DNA of 64,000 nucleotides from a virus (lineage: Duplodnaviria > Heunggongvirae > Uroviricota > Caudoviricetes): IMG/VR virus record IMGVR_UViG_3300021400_000932. The stretch is one strand, 5' to 3'. Within the stretch, counting starts at the first letter, position 1, and every line of letters begins with the position of its first letter. The position numbers and the translations under genes were made by a program. Shown here in pieces: positions 37,788-47,543 of this stretch. The notes below the pieces were generated by a model, which ran no database searches, had not been told where the DNA came from, and saw only the letters and a program-made list of their open reading frames with translations.

Positions 37788-38129
37788 TTAATCTCCTAAC
37801 TTATTTGTATCAAAGTATTTATCAGCATTCATTATGACATAAGTATGGGTGCTGTAGTAGGAATCATCATCGCTTTCGCCAATTTCAGTTTCACCAGATT
37901 CTTTCAAATCCTCAGAGAAATACTTATACATCAAATAATCAGCCTGAAGGTGGTCATGTTTCCAGTCACCGTCTACCTCAACAGAAATCCCCACAGTATT
38001 ATCATCTTTGTCATAATCGCTATATACAGATTCAACCCAAACTTTATTATCAGAAAGATACTTGCTAATCTTTTCATCAAATTCGGCTTGAGTTGGTAAT
38101 GTTGAGCTTGCAGATATAATTCTTTTCAT
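37788..38129 (-). CDS. Leader-bearing acidic hypothetical protein
   Basis: MKRIISASST; VDGDWKHDHL motif. Confidence 0.75.
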   Translation of the reverse strand: MKRIISASSTLPTQAEFDEKISKYLSDNKVWVESVYSDYDKDDNTVGISVEVDGDWKHDHLQADYLMYKYFSEDLKESGETEIGESDDDSYYSTHTYVIMNADKYFDTNKLGD

Positions 38130-38185
38130 TGTATATCACCTCAGTTTACTACATTAAACGAGTTTGTCCGTAATTATTATAGGTT

Positions 38186-38219
38186 AAAAATAAAAGCCGA
38201 TGCATAATCGCACCGGCTT
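38186..38219 (-). terminator. Terminator after the DUF932 gene
   Basis: AAGCCGGTGC...GCATCGGCTT followed by TTATTTTT. Confidence 0.7.
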
Positions 38220-38234
38220 GTTAAGTTTATTGAT

Positions 38235-39140
38235 TTATCTTGCCATTGTCAGCGCTGAGTAGAACTGGCTGAGCAGAGTGGAGTTGATGGATACATCCAC
38301 AAACTTGCTGTCCTGCGGAGCTCTCGGATGGGTGTTGTGGGTGAGATAGTCGGCAGCACCATTGAGGATACCCCAAGCGGTTCCAACGAAGTTCTGGTTG
38401 TCGTCTGCCTTGTAAGCGGCGAGGAACTTCATCAGCTTGTCATCGAAAGTGACCTTCTGTCTGTCGGTCATCTTGGCGGGGTCATACTTGAACACACGGT
38501 AGAAAGCGGCAATCGCATCCTTGTCCTGAACGTGCATGGTAGCGAGCTCATTGGCCTGTTCATCGAACTCTTTCATATAGGAAGCGACATCACCAAGCAT
38601 CTCACGAGCCTGAGTGAGTTTGCTATCCATACTCATAGAGTGGATGATACGAACGGTGTTAGGACTCTTCTTGAACGAGATGTTGAACTGGTTCTGGCAG
38701 ACGATTCTCAGCGGAGTGATTGTTGCCTTGATAGAACCGAGACCGGTGTGGCTGTTCTGGAAAATCACATACGGGGTGATTTCATCGCCGAGAATCTTCA
38801 CATTGCTCAGCTTTGCGATGATGTAGATGAGATGGGAACCGGTTTCGCCGGCCTTGACGAACTTGATGTCATCATGGATAGCATCAATGAAGTCGAACGC
38901 ATCTCTGTTCTGACATACATTGTATGTGTCGGATACTACGCCGATGGGGGTTCTTGTGTCCTCTCTCATGGTGAGAACTCTGTTCGGTACGACAAGTTGA
39001 GATGAGCCTGCGGTATCTGCATTGTAGAAGATGGGTTCTGTGATTACATTGTAATCAAGACCGGATGCCTTCAGCACGCCGTCAAGGTTGGTTTCTCTCG
39101 ATACGTCAGTTCCGATAGTAGCAAATGTTGATGTTCTCAT
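38235..39140 (-). CDS. DUF932-family phage/plasmid-like protein
   Basis: ASGLDYNV...REDT..PIGVVS..Y...QN..AFDF...NSH.G...I.A.ITPLRIVCQN...GTAWG..N...DY..H. Confidence 0.85.
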   Translation of the reverse strand: MRTSTFATIGTDVSRETNLDGVLKASGLDYNVITEPIFYNADTAGSSQLVVPNRVLTMREDTRTPIGVVSDTYNVCQNRDAFDFIDAIHDDIKFVKAGETGSHLIYIIAKLSNVKILGDEITPYVIFQNSHTGLGSIKATITPLRIVCQNQFNISFKKSPNTVRIIHSMSMDSKLTQAREMLGDVASYMKEFDEQANELATMHVQDKDAIAAFYRVFKYDPAKMTDRQKVTFDDKLMKFLAAYKADDNQNFVGTAWGILNGAADYLTHNTHPRAPQDSKFVDVSINSTLLSQFYSALTMAR

Positions 39141-39241
39141 AGTGTACCTCCTGTTGTACTTTTGATATGTGTTTGAGAAACTTTCTGTAAGATTTGTTCT
39201 TACAATTCATAGAACGATTGGTGAATCATTACTATGGCACT

Positions 39242-39300
39242 ATTATAGCAAATCTACAGCAAATGTCAATAGTTATTGCCATTAGAATCGCTATTGTAAT
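39242..39300 (-). promoter_or_regulatory. Strong host-type promoter with an upstream near-palindrome
   Basis: TTGACA (39264-39269), 16-nt spacer, TG-n-TATAAT (39242-39247); near-palindrome at 39281-39300. Confidence 0.75.
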
Positions 39301-39307
39301 AGTTTTG

Positions 39308-39652
39308 TTACTTTTTATCCAAATCATCCAACATTTTGATGACTCTTGCGATAGCTTCTTTCTCTTTTGAATAGTCAACAGGGTTTCGCGACGACATACT
39401 TTCTGCTTCTTCTACCATAATATCAAACAGCATATTCATTAGTTTCATACGAACCATAGAACTAACCATGTCATCAATGGTCAGAACATCGGTTATCAAA
39501 TAGTAGTAATCGCCATCTTGTTTCATACCTACAAATTCTACTTTGCATATATCAGCATCCTGCACAGATACATCGGATTCTCCACCAATAATCATACCCT
39601 CTGGCCATTTATCAAGAAGTTCTGCTATACCTTCCCAATCTAAATTCATCAT
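39308..39652 (-). CDS. Hypothetical protein
   Basis: 114 aa ORF in operon. Confidence 0.65.
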   Translation of the reverse strand: MMNLDWEGIAELLDKWPEGMIIGGESDVSVQDADICKVEFVGMKQDGDYYYLITDVLTIDDMVSSMVRMKLMNMLFDIMVEEAESMSSRNPVDYSKEKEAIARVIKMLDDLDKK

Positions 39653-39672
39653 ACACCTAATACCTCAATATG

Positions 39673-41487
39673 TTATCCCAATAATATAGCCAGCAACTCA
39701 GGATGTTTCTTCAAGTCAAGTTTGTCATCTACAATGTAACCGGATGTCAGTTCCTTTTCATAAACTATATTGTGTACCCGTTCATCTAAGCTATCTCTTG
39801 TGATTATTGTGTAAATGTTGACAGGATATTTAGAATCCGCTCTATGTGCTCTGTCCTCAGCCTGGAACTTTGTAGCGGCTGTCCATGGTTCATCCAAAAA
39901 TATTACATTGGTTGCAACCGCAAGATTATGCGATGCACCAAGAGCACCTACAGTACCAAGTAAAATTTTACAATCAGGATTCCGCAGAAATGCTGCCTTA
40001 TGCTGTTCTCTTACATCGGGTTCCATTGTTCCTGTGTAGACACACACCTTATACTTTGTAGCGATAAATTTATACAAAGTTCTGAGCGGTTCTAGCCAGT
40101 TAGAAAAAATGATTACTTTTTCTCCACTCTCAACAATATCAGTAATGAGCTGAATAGCCTTTACCAATTTTGCATTCTTAGATAGATATGATTTGTCTAT
40201 CTTTAGATTTTTGTCAACTACTTCCGGACATCCAGTTACTTGTCTGAGTTTTGTAAACTGTGCCAGCGGATTCATAGATTCTATAATCTTTCCCTGCTGC
40301 TCCAGGAGCTCACCCTTTATTTCTTTATACAGCTTTTCCTGATATGGGGTGTTCTCAACATACTCCGTATGATAAATCTTAGGTGGTAAGTCAAGAATGT
40401 TTACTTTCAGACGTCTGAGCATATTGTTGAACAGAAGTTGTTTTAGTTTCGGAATATTCTTATATCCAATAATCTGGTGGTCACCAAACCCACCATACAC
40501 ACAAAATTCCCGACACCACATATAATAACTATTCAGATTGTGTGCATCAATTAGTCGCAGAGGTAAGAACAAATCTGTAGGCTTATTGACTATTGGTGTT
40601 CCAGTCATCGGTATCCATTCTACCGGTCGCGTTATTTTCTTCTTAATTTCAAGCAACTGCTTGCCTTGAGTAGATGTTGGAGATGCATGGTAGTGTATTT
40701 CATCAATAGCAATCATAGAAATTTTACCGGAGTTTATCATGTCTATCAATTTTTGGGTGACAGCATACTTCCTATTCCTCTTAGTTCTGAGTGTTTCTAT
40801 ATTGGTGATGATAAAATAAGGGAGAGGTTTATCACCCTTTTTACCATACATCTTACCGGATTCCAAATCTTCTAATTTTGTTGCACCGGAACCAACTTTG
40901 TTGATTCCACCATCTCTTCGTTTTCTACTTCCGAGAATATATCCTTTGTATTTACCCATTGTCTGGGATTCAATTTCTTCTTCCCAGTTATACTTGGAAC
41001 CATTAAGGCAACAGATGATTAGACAGTGCTTCGCATTTTCATATTCATGAGCATATGTAGCGAGATTTATTACAGAACAAGTCTTACCACAACCCATTTC
41101 ATCAGCAAGAAGAAATCCGGATGCTTTGCCATGTCGCTTTCTGTCAATATTGAATTTAAGCGTATCCAACTGGTGCTGAAATGGCTTTGCATCCTTTTTA
41201 ATATAGTAATGGATGCTGCTGATATCCACATCAGGAATAACAACCTGTTCATCATCAAATGGTGCATTTATGTCAATATCTTCATCAGATTCCAATACCA
41301 CCTGAGATTCATAATCAGTTCCCTTAATTTGATTGAGAAGAAACCCTAACCGGTCTTTCGGAATAGTCCAACATTTTGCATCTTGGTGCCATTGCCTACC
41401 GGCTACATTCCTTACCATATTCAGAATATCATAATTGAATGTAAACCGTACTTCATAAACATCATTGTTCTGAACAATAGAAATCAA
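39673..41487 (-). CDS. SNF2-family (SF2) helicase
   Basis: LADEMGCGKT, DEIH, MTGTP, LRRLK, KVIIFS, QAEDRAHR. Confidence 0.92.
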   Translation of the reverse strand: MISIVQNNDVYEVRFTFNYDILNMVRNVAGRQWHQDAKCWTIPKDRLGFLLNQIKGTDYESQVVLESDEDIDINAPFDDEQVVIPDVDISSIHYYIKKDAKPFQHQLDTLKFNIDRKRHGKASGFLLADEMGCGKTCSVINLATYAHEYENAKHCLIICCLNGSKYNWEEEIESQTMGKYKGYILGSRKRRDGGINKVGSGATKLEDLESGKMYGKKGDKPLPYFIITNIETLRTKRNRKYAVTQKLIDMINSGKISMIAIDEIHYHASPTSTQGKQLLEIKKKITRPVEWIPMTGTPIVNKPTDLFLPLRLIDAHNLNSYYMWCREFCVYGGFGDHQIIGYKNIPKLKQLLFNNMLRRLKVNILDLPPKIYHTEYVENTPYQEKLYKEIKGELLEQQGKIIESMNPLAQFTKLRQVTGCPEVVDKNLKIDKSYLSKNAKLVKAIQLITDIVESGEKVIIFSNWLEPLRTLYKFIATKYKVCVYTGTMEPDVREQHKAAFLRNPDCKILLGTVGALGASHNLAVATNVIFLDEPWTAATKFQAEDRAHRADSKYPVNIYTIITRDSLDERVHNIVYEKELTSGYIVDDKLDLKKHPELLAILLG

Positions 41488-41511
41488 ATGGACACCTCAC
41501 TCTCATATAAA

Positions 41512-42303
41512 TTAAACGATTCTTTGTATATCATTAAAATGTATATGGTACTTATCTTCTAATGTTGCTGTTCTGTGATAATGACCGCAATGCCACTCTT
41601 TGAACTTCAACCCTCGGTCTAATAGGCTGTCGAGGTACAGAGTTGCGATATCGTCATCATCTGGATACAACTTAGATGAAATGCTGAACGGAAGACAGTG
41701 TGTAATAACAAAGTCAACCTCAAAATTTACTTTCTCTAAATTCTTGATTCCTCTGTTTCGTTCTGCCATACTCGGTATTTCTTGTTTCCACCAATGGACT
41801 CCCTCTACTCGTTGGCGTAGTCCATAAACTCTGCCCCATGTGTATATAAGCATGGCATCTTCCAAAGAATTAAAATTTTTCGGTCTTATTATCCCATCTT
41901 GAATATCCCTTGTCTTGGCACCACCAAAAGCAAAGAACGAATGACCTTGCAAGTCAAATACATAACCGCGCATCAGATGAAAGACATTCGACCGGATTTG
42001 ATGTGCATATCCACCATGGAATTTTACACGAGGGAATTTGTAAAGTCGATTAAAATTCTCATGGTTACCATCAACAAACAAAGTGGTGAATGGTCGTTCT
42101 TCCAGATAGTCAAGCCAATCAGCCTCAACATTTGTTTCCTTGTCTTTCCATATTAACCCAAAGTCACCAAGGATAATCAAAAAGTCATCTTTGGTTAAAG
42201 ACTTCTGCTCAGGCCAATTTTCTTCTCTTAGCTTATCTATGTCGGTGGGGCCATGTGTATCACCACATACATATATTGCCATTATTACATCACTTCGTTT
42301 CAA
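41512..42303 (-). CDS. Calcineurin-like metallophosphoesterase
   Basis: GDTHG, GDFG, DGNHEN, THC, GHYH. Confidence 0.9.
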   Translation of the reverse strand: MKRSDVIMAIYVCGDTHGPTDIDKLREENWPEQKSLTKDDFLIILGDFGLIWKDKETNVEADWLDYLEERPFTTLFVDGNHENFNRLYKFPRVKFHGGYAHQIRSNVFHLMRGYVFDLQGHSFFAFGGAKTRDIQDGIIRPKNFNSLEDAMLIYTWGRVYGLRQRVEGVHWWKQEIPSMAERNRGIKNLEKVNFEVDFVITHCLPFSISSKLYPDDDDIATLYLDSLLDRGLKFKEWHCGHYHRTATLEDKYHIHFNDIQRIV

Positions 42304-42907
42304 ATAGTTTCTTGAAAAGATTGTGTTCTGTACACTTCAACCCATCTACAGGGATTACTTCATTGCCGAAAGCATCCCAACCTTTTCGTTCCAACCGAGA
42401 ATACATTTCAAGTTTCTTTTCATTGGGATATAGCCGGTTTATAATTTCATAGGATATTTCCGGTTTTTGAGAATGTCGTTGAACTGGTTCAGAGAACACA
42501 GAATGTATCTTCCCTCGCTCAGAATTAGCCACAGGACGCAGTTTTCCTCTATACATATATAACAAGTATTCATGCCCAAATCGTATGTCAAAGCTCGCAG
42601 GAATGCCGGTAATCTTATTCCAAATCATCCTCGCATGAAGTTTCCAACCACAGTTCTCAGCAATAGTCTGAGCTTCGAAAAGATACTTGTCGATAGTCCA
42701 TAAGAACAATACCGCATTTTCATTACAAAGAGAAGTTGCTTGTCGCAAATGTTCTTGTATACCAGACAAATCCATAGTTTGGTAATCAAGTTCTATTCCG
42801 CTGCTGTTCGGTCTAACATCCTTTCGGCCCCCGCGACTCTGAATCCATGGCGGGTCCGATAGGATTAAATCATACCTCTGCGTTGTGTTATAGATATCTA
42901 CTATCAT
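42290..42907 (-). CDS. MT-A70-family adenine methyltransferase
   Basis: DPPW, LFLWT, WNK, HSQKP, LEMYSR...GWDAFGNE. Confidence 0.88.
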   Translation of the reverse strand: MIVDIYNTTQRYDLILSDPPWIQSRGGRKDVRPNSSGIELDYQTMDLSGIQEHLRQATSLCNENAVLFLWTIDKYLFEAQTIAENCGWKLHARMIWNKITGIPASFDIRFGHEYLLYMYRGKLRPVANSERGKIHSVFSEPVQRHSQKPEISYEIINRLYPNEKKLEMYSRLERKGWDAFGNEVIPVDGLKCTEHNLFKKLFETK

Positions 42908-42911
42908 AAAC

Positions 42912-43089
42912 TTACTCCGACGCCGGTTCTAATCTGCAAAATTCTTGTCGTTGTCTATTTAATGTGAATGCTTCAGTACAAAATGGACAGTTATACAAGG
43001 CTTTCGACCCCATTCCGGAAATGGTTCTATTTCCTACATACTTCCTTAATTCACATACTTCGCAACAAGATGGTACATCCATACCCTTA
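42912..43089 (-). pseudogene. Cys-motif paralog (KGMDVPSCCEVC) separated from its 5' end by the IS insertion
   Basis: Begins exactly at the IS right-end junction and matches the N-termini of 44478, 44852 and 45326. Confidence 0.5.
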
Positions 43090-44463
43090 TTGACACTCCA
43101 CACAGTTAAAACCGTGGGATTCTTGCTTCACAGACCGCTGCGTCCTTACCACAGAGGAAGAACGTCTTACACAATCTCCACAAGCGTAAATTATAGAGTT
43201 TCCGTATGCCCTACGGTACTCTGTATATGTTAAGGTTAGGCAATCATAGCCAAACCTTTCTTTAAGATGTTTTGAGCTGCGTTAACATCTCTGTCATGAG
43301 ACGTACCACAGGAAGGACATACCCATTTACGGACAGCAAGGTTCTTTACAAGTGGATTTTTGTATCCGCAAGAACTACAGAGCTGACTGCTCGGATATGT
43401 AGTAGGTACTCTCTGTACTGTCCTGCCATACCAACGAGCTTTGTATTCAAGCATTGTAAAGAACTTGCTCCATGAAGCGGAAGATATGCTTTTAGCCAGC
43501 TTATGATTTTTCAGCATATTTTTGATTTTTAAATCTTCTACACAGATTACTTGGTTTTCGTTAATAAGTGTAGTAGACAGTTTTTGCAGAAAATCATTGC
43601 GCTGGTTGGTAATCTTCTCATGTACAGCGGCAACACGTTTGCGTTGTTTATCTTTGTTGTGGGAATCTTTAACCTTGCGTGAAAGTCTACGCTGTTCACG
43701 TCTGAGCTTGCGCTGTGCCTTCTCCAAATACTTGTGGTTGGGTATGGTGTTGCCATTACTATTCATAGCAAAGACCTTGATACCAACATCAAGACCAACT
43801 ATGGCATCCGTAGGTTCAAGCGGCATAGGCTCAAAATCTACATCAAGAGCAACAAAGTATTTGCCTGTGGGTGTCCGTTCAATAGTTACATTGTTAATAT
43901 GACCAACTTCCATAGACTGCTTGACTTTTACAAAGCCGAGCTTTGGAAGTTTGAGCTTTCCATCTACAATGCGAATATTATCACCCTGATTGAGCGTCCT
44001 GTAGCTTTGATGGTGGTTATGCTTACTTTTGAAACACGGATACTTACTCAAGTGCTTGAAGAAGTTTTGGTATGCTCTGTCCAAATCTCTCAAAGATTGT
44101 TGAAGAGCTATACTATCTGCGTCTTTGAGAAAAGCATACTCTTCTTGCTTCTTCATTCTCGTAAGCATAGCACTAGTTACAGTATAGTTTGCCTTCTCGC
44201 CAGCTTTGTACTGCTCCATGCGATAGGCAAGCCCATGATTGTAAATGAAACGAACACAACCAAGGGTGCAGTTTATTAAGTTTTGTTGTTCTTTGTTTGG
44301 ATATATTCGAAACTTTACACCTTTATTCATAGGACACCTGAAATACAACATTTATGGTTTATTTATATGTTAATTATACCATATTTTACACAAAAAACAA
44401 GGAAGAGGAATGACTTTCATTTCACCGATGGTATATAATCCGGACAATGAAAACTTTCTTTTC
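43090..44463 (-). mobile_element. IS200/IS605-family TnpB-only element
   Basis: Right end GAAT-hairpin-GTGTCAA ending at 43090. Probable left end after TTAT (44464-44467) with AAAG plus an imperfect hairpin. No tnpA. Confidence 0.8.
43236..44351 (-). CDS. tnpB: TnpB RNA-guided endonuclease
   Basis: HTH_OrfB N-terminus ([10 protein letters not shown]), RuvC D/E/D (GLDVG, VEDL, DRDVNAA), CSSC..CPSC zinc finger. Confidence 0.95.
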   Translation of the reverse strand: MLYFRCPMNKGVKFRIYPNKEQQNLINCTLGCVRFIYNHGLAYRMEQYKAGEKANYTVTSAMLTRMKKQEEYAFLKDADSIALQQSLRDLDRAYQNFFKHLSKYPCFKSKHNHHQSYRTLNQGDNIRIVDGKLKLPKLGFVKVKQSMEVGHINNVTIERTPTGKYFVALDVDFEPMPLEPTDAIVGLDVGIKVFAMNSNGNTIPNHKYLEKAQRKLRREQRRLSRKVKDSHNKDKQRKRVAAVHEKITNQRNDFLQKLSTTLINENQVICVEDLKIKNMLKNHKLAKSISSASWSKFFTMLEYKARWYGRTVQRVPTTYPSSQLCSSCGYKNPLVKNLAVRKWVCPSCGTSHDRDVNAAQNILKKGLAMIA

Positions 44464-44477
44464 ATAACATCATTCTC

Positions 44478-44855
44478 TCAATAGTCTTCACCGTAGTAAC
44501 CATCACAATCGTCTTGATAGGATATTGCCCAAGGTTCTTTTGAAACATCGGAGATATGACGCCCATCCGCCGCTATAACTGCCGGTGCAGACATTAACGT
44601 AGATAATGGAACTTTCATTTCTGAATAGCTTTCATATCCGACTTGTTCAAGCAGTTTCTGCTTGTCAATTAAATCTCCATGCGGTGTAGGAATTTCGGAC
44701 AGAGGACAGTTATTATGTCTCCCCGATTCCGCATCTATACTCCACATACTCTCTTTAGCTAATGGACAATAGTGTTCAAGCGAACCGGTTTGAAGTATCG
44801 GACACTCCGCACAATTCTTTGGCATATCCATATCATTAATCCGTAGACTACTCAT
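44478..44855 (-). CDS. Cys-motif paralog family member
   Basis: MDMPKNCAECP...CPL.E.PTPHG.LID. Confidence 0.7.
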   Translation of the reverse strand: MSSLRINDMDMPKNCAECPILQTGSLEHYCPLAKESMWSIDAESGRHNNCPLSEIPTPHGDLIDKQKLLEQVGYESYSEMKVPLSTLMSAPAVIAADGRHISDVSKEPWAISYQDDCDGYYGEDY

Positions 44856-45166
44856 CCTTGCCCCTCCGCTTCTATGATGGTCGGAGCATTCTTAATGTAA
44901 TTGCTCGGATAATTTGCAACATCAATATCCCATAATGATAGTGCATCTGCGTCGATTAATCTTCCGTGCGGTGTAGGTACTTCGACGAGTGGACAGTTCT
45001 TAACTTTATGTCGGACTGTATTTATATCTAGCTCAGGACATTCATACTGACCATAACAAAAAAGTTTTTGTTTTGGATATTCTGAATTATCAACATGGCC
45101 GCAAGGACAATCTATGCAGAATCCTGGCATATCCATGCCTTTAATCAGTATGTCCATTGTTTTCAT
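44852..45166 (-). CDS. Cys-motif paralog family member
   Basis: IKGMDMPGFCIDCP...CPLVEVPTPHGRLIDAD...APTIIEAE. Confidence 0.7.
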   Translation of the reverse strand: MKTMDILIKGMDMPGFCIDCPCGHVDNSEYPKQKLFCYGQYECPELDINTVRHKVKNCPLVEVPTPHGRLIDADALSLWDIDVANYPSNYIKNAPTIIEAEGQG

Positions 45167-45329
45167 CCTCCTGAATATAATAATCTATAAATTTTGTTCT
45201 ATCGTCTTTACAGTCAAGAAGCCATCTCAGCAGTTTGAAAATGAATCGTCCGACCATATACAGCAATGCTGAGATAATCATACTTACACAGATTGTTCTG
45301 ACCAAATAAATATCTGCTATCATATTCAT
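45141..45329 (-). CDS. Small membrane protein
   Basis: One hydrophobic segment; fills the operon gap. Confidence 0.45.
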   Translation of the reverse strand: MNMIADIYLVRTICVSMIISALLYMVGRFIFKLLRWLLDCKDDRTKFIDYYIQEDENNGHTD

Positions 45330-45637
45330 TCCTCCGGTTCTATGATAGTGGGTCTACCATCTATGTATTTGATAAATGCTCCCCATGGACAGGTAGAACA
45401 GTCACATCCACAGCCATCGCAATACAGACGTTTCAATCTTGTTATTGCAGCATCTGCATCAATTAGCTTACCGTGATGGGGAGTTTCTGCAAGAGGACAG
45501 TCAGGATGCCGTTCTGTTTTATACTGTTCGCAATAACTATCAAGCACCCTACAGAAACAGGTATCCGTATCATCATAACAAGGACACTCCGTACAACTTA
45601 TCGGCATTTCCGCACCCACAATCCGTATGCTACTCAT
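45326..45637 (-). CDS. Cys-motif paralog family member
   Basis: EMPISCTECP...CPLAETPHHGKLIDAD...PTIIEPE. Confidence 0.7.
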   Translation of the reverse strand: MSSIRIVGAEMPISCTECPCYDDTDTCFCRVLDSYCEQYKTERHPDCPLAETPHHGKLIDADAAITRLKRLYCDGCGCDCSTCPWGAFIKYIDGRPTIIEPEE

Positions 45638-45652
45638 TTACACCTCACCCTT

Positions 45653-45865
45653 TCAGTTTTCTTCTACAAATGAATCACAACCTTGTGTTGTGCTATAATT
45701 TAGCTCTTTATCACAGATAAACATATATGGTCCATGTGCAATGTCATAGAAAATATCGGTACAATGCTTGCAAAAGCAACAACATTGTGCAGGAACTTCC
45801 CAAGCAAAACCCGATTCAGATTGCCACATCCGATAATCCGGTTTCATCGGCATAGCCTTATTCAC
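45653..45865 (-). CDS. Small Cys-rich protein
   Basis: CCCFCKHCTD...PYM..C. Confidence 0.6.
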   Translation of the reverse strand: MNKAMPMKPDYRMWQSESGFAWEVPAQCCCFCKHCTDIFYDIAHGPYMFICDKELNYSTTQGCDSFVEEN

Positions 45866-45881
45866 CTACCAGTGCATAGTA

Positions 45882-46202
45882 TTAAAATAATTCTATTTCT
45901 TCTATCTCTTTTATAGATGGTGTGGGACAACAAAGGAAACCAAGAAAAGTTACATCGCCAAGTCCTGGAATGACACGAAGTTCAGGAATGTCACGAGTAT
46001 AATCAGTTGCGCGCTCACGCATCCATTTGAATACCCATATCGGCAATTTCATGTATTGCGGTCTTGTCCCATATGCTGCCATATGTCTATCTTTCTTTGT
46101 ATATATTTCTTTCATTAAATGGTCAATGTTTATGTGATGACTTTCGATAGTAATATTTCCTTTGACATTCGATGCAGTCAATACTTCTTCATATTGGCTC
46201 AT
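45882..46202 (-). CDS. Hypothetical protein
   Basis: 106 aa ORF with AGGAGG RBS. Confidence 0.65.
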   Translation of the reverse strand: MSQYEEVLTASNVKGNITIESHHINIDHLMKEIYTKKDRHMAAYGTRPQYMKLPIWVFKWMRERATDYTRDIPELRVIPGLGDVTFLGFLCCPTPSIKEIEEIELF

Positions 46203-46354
46203 TTCTGTTCCTCCTGTTGTTTTATTTCGCAGATATTAACAAGTGTCGATGGATTTTCACATATTTCGAACAATGCACATTCACCGCAACTATTCGATGC
46301 AGCACAACATGATAGCAATGTTGCGAATTCTTCTTTTGTGCAGATAATCTTCAT
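46199..46354 (-). CDS. Small Cys-rich protein (51 aa, below the ORF-track cutoff)
   Basis: Manual translation MKIICTKEEF...CGECALFEIC...; ATGA overlap with the next gene. Confidence 0.5.
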   Translation of the reverse strand: MKIICTKEEFATLLSCCAASNSCGECALFEICENPSTLVNICEIKQQEEQK

Positions 46355-46360
46355 AATTCG

Positions 46361-46753
46361 TTATTCACCTACCAGTTCCGGATTATCATAGATGTTTCCC
46401 ACAACAAAAGAGTCTTTTGGATTGAAATACATACTTAGATTTCCACATGGACTTCCGTATGCATCGCCGAAATTTGCTTGATACTCAGCATCTTCGACAG
46501 AATAGGAAACATAAAAATTTCGGATGAAACTTTTTGATAAGATGTCACCCTCAAAAATTTTCTTTCCGGTCGAATCTACTAGACCGGTAAATTCCGAAAC
46601 TGTGGATGCATCTACCTCTTTACCATTCAGACTTCCATCTAATGGATGCTGGGATAGAATTGTGACAGCACCATTATTATCATGCGGGAATGCGATTCCA
46701 TATACCCACTCACCGGTATCTAAAGTCTTTCCTCTAAAAAGAAGTTCTCTCAT
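46361..46753 (-). CDS. YopX-family protein (copy 6)
   Basis: MRELLFRGK...EWVYG...FTGLVD..GKKIFEGDI...VGNIYDNPEL. Confidence 0.9.
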   Translation of the reverse strand: MRELLFRGKTLDTGEWVYGIAFPHDNNGAVTILSQHPLDGSLNGKEVDASTVSEFTGLVDSTGKKIFEGDILSKSFIRNFYVSYSVEDAEYQANFGDAYGSPCGNLSMYFNPKDSFVVGNIYDNPELVGE

Positions 46754-46755
46754 GC

Positions 46756-47154
46756 TTATTCTCCTATCAAGTCTTTGTTGTCATAGATGTTGCCTATAAC
46801 ACAGAATTCCGGCTTTGGAAGTTCATTTCTTAGCGAAATATTAAACTTCTTATACTCCATCACAAAACCGGATATTTTGTATACAACTTTTCCCTTGATT
46901 TCACCGCCACGGTACACATCATAAGGCTCTGTGCAAGATATAATATCATTTTCAAATATTTTCTTGTTATATTTATCGACCAAACCAGTAAACTGACACA
47001 CCGTATTAGGGTCAATCTCAAAACTCACCTTTGGTTTTACTTTTTGAATGTGCAGACGATATTCTTCATAGAAACTATCGTACCGATAGAACAATAGACC
47101 CTCAACCCACTCTTCATTGTCAATCCGCTTGCCACGGAACAGTATTTCTCTCAT
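46756..47154 (-). CDS. YopX-family protein (copy 5)
   Basis: MREILFRGKR...QFTGLVDK..KKIFENDI...IGNIYDN. Confidence 0.9.
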   Translation of the reverse strand: MREILFRGKRIDNEEWVEGLLFYRYDSFYEEYRLHIQKVKPKVSFEIDPNTVCQFTGLVDKYNKKIFENDIISCTEPYDVYRGGEIKGKVVYKISGFVMEYKKFNISLRNELPKPEFCVIGNIYDNKDLIGE

Positions 47155-47510
47155 TTGTAGGCCCCCAACAATTCCGGATTATCAAAAATAGTTCCATCAA
47201 CTACAACAAAATCCATATTGAAATTATTGATTGTATCCGGAATTTGGATGTCTGGATTGCTGACCCAATAGCAACCATGGTCATACTCAATCTTAGCATA
47301 ATAGGATGAGCCGGAAGGAGAAGATACTTTTACAATATCTCCCTCATAGATATCTTTTCCATCCTTATCGACCAGACCGGTCCATAAGCATATACTTCTT
47401 TGGTCGACGATATAGTGACCTATAATATAGTCTCCGTCATAAATTAAACTTGTGCCGAAAACCCATTTATGGTCGTTAATTCGTTTACCGCGAAACATCA
47501 ACTCTCTCAT
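47151..47510 (-). CDS. YopX-family protein (copy 4)
   Basis: MRELMFRGKR...TGLVDKDGKDIYEGDI...IFDNPELL. Confidence 0.9.
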   Translation of the reverse strand: MRELMFRGKRINDHKWVFGTSLIYDGDYIIGHYIVDQRSICLWTGLVDKDGKDIYEGDIVKVSSPSGSSYYAKIEYDHGCYWVSNPDIQIPDTINNFNMDFVVVDGTIFDNPELLGAYK

Positions 47511-47543
47511 AATATATCACCTTTCAATTTAGACAATGGATTA

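Noticed and set aside
38328-39005. 225 aa plus-strand ORF and other antisense ORFs (e.g. 4776-5294, 23440-24027, 43734-44279, 63206-63976)
   Set aside because: Shadow frames opposite well-supported genes; strong codon bias in the real gene removes antisense stops.
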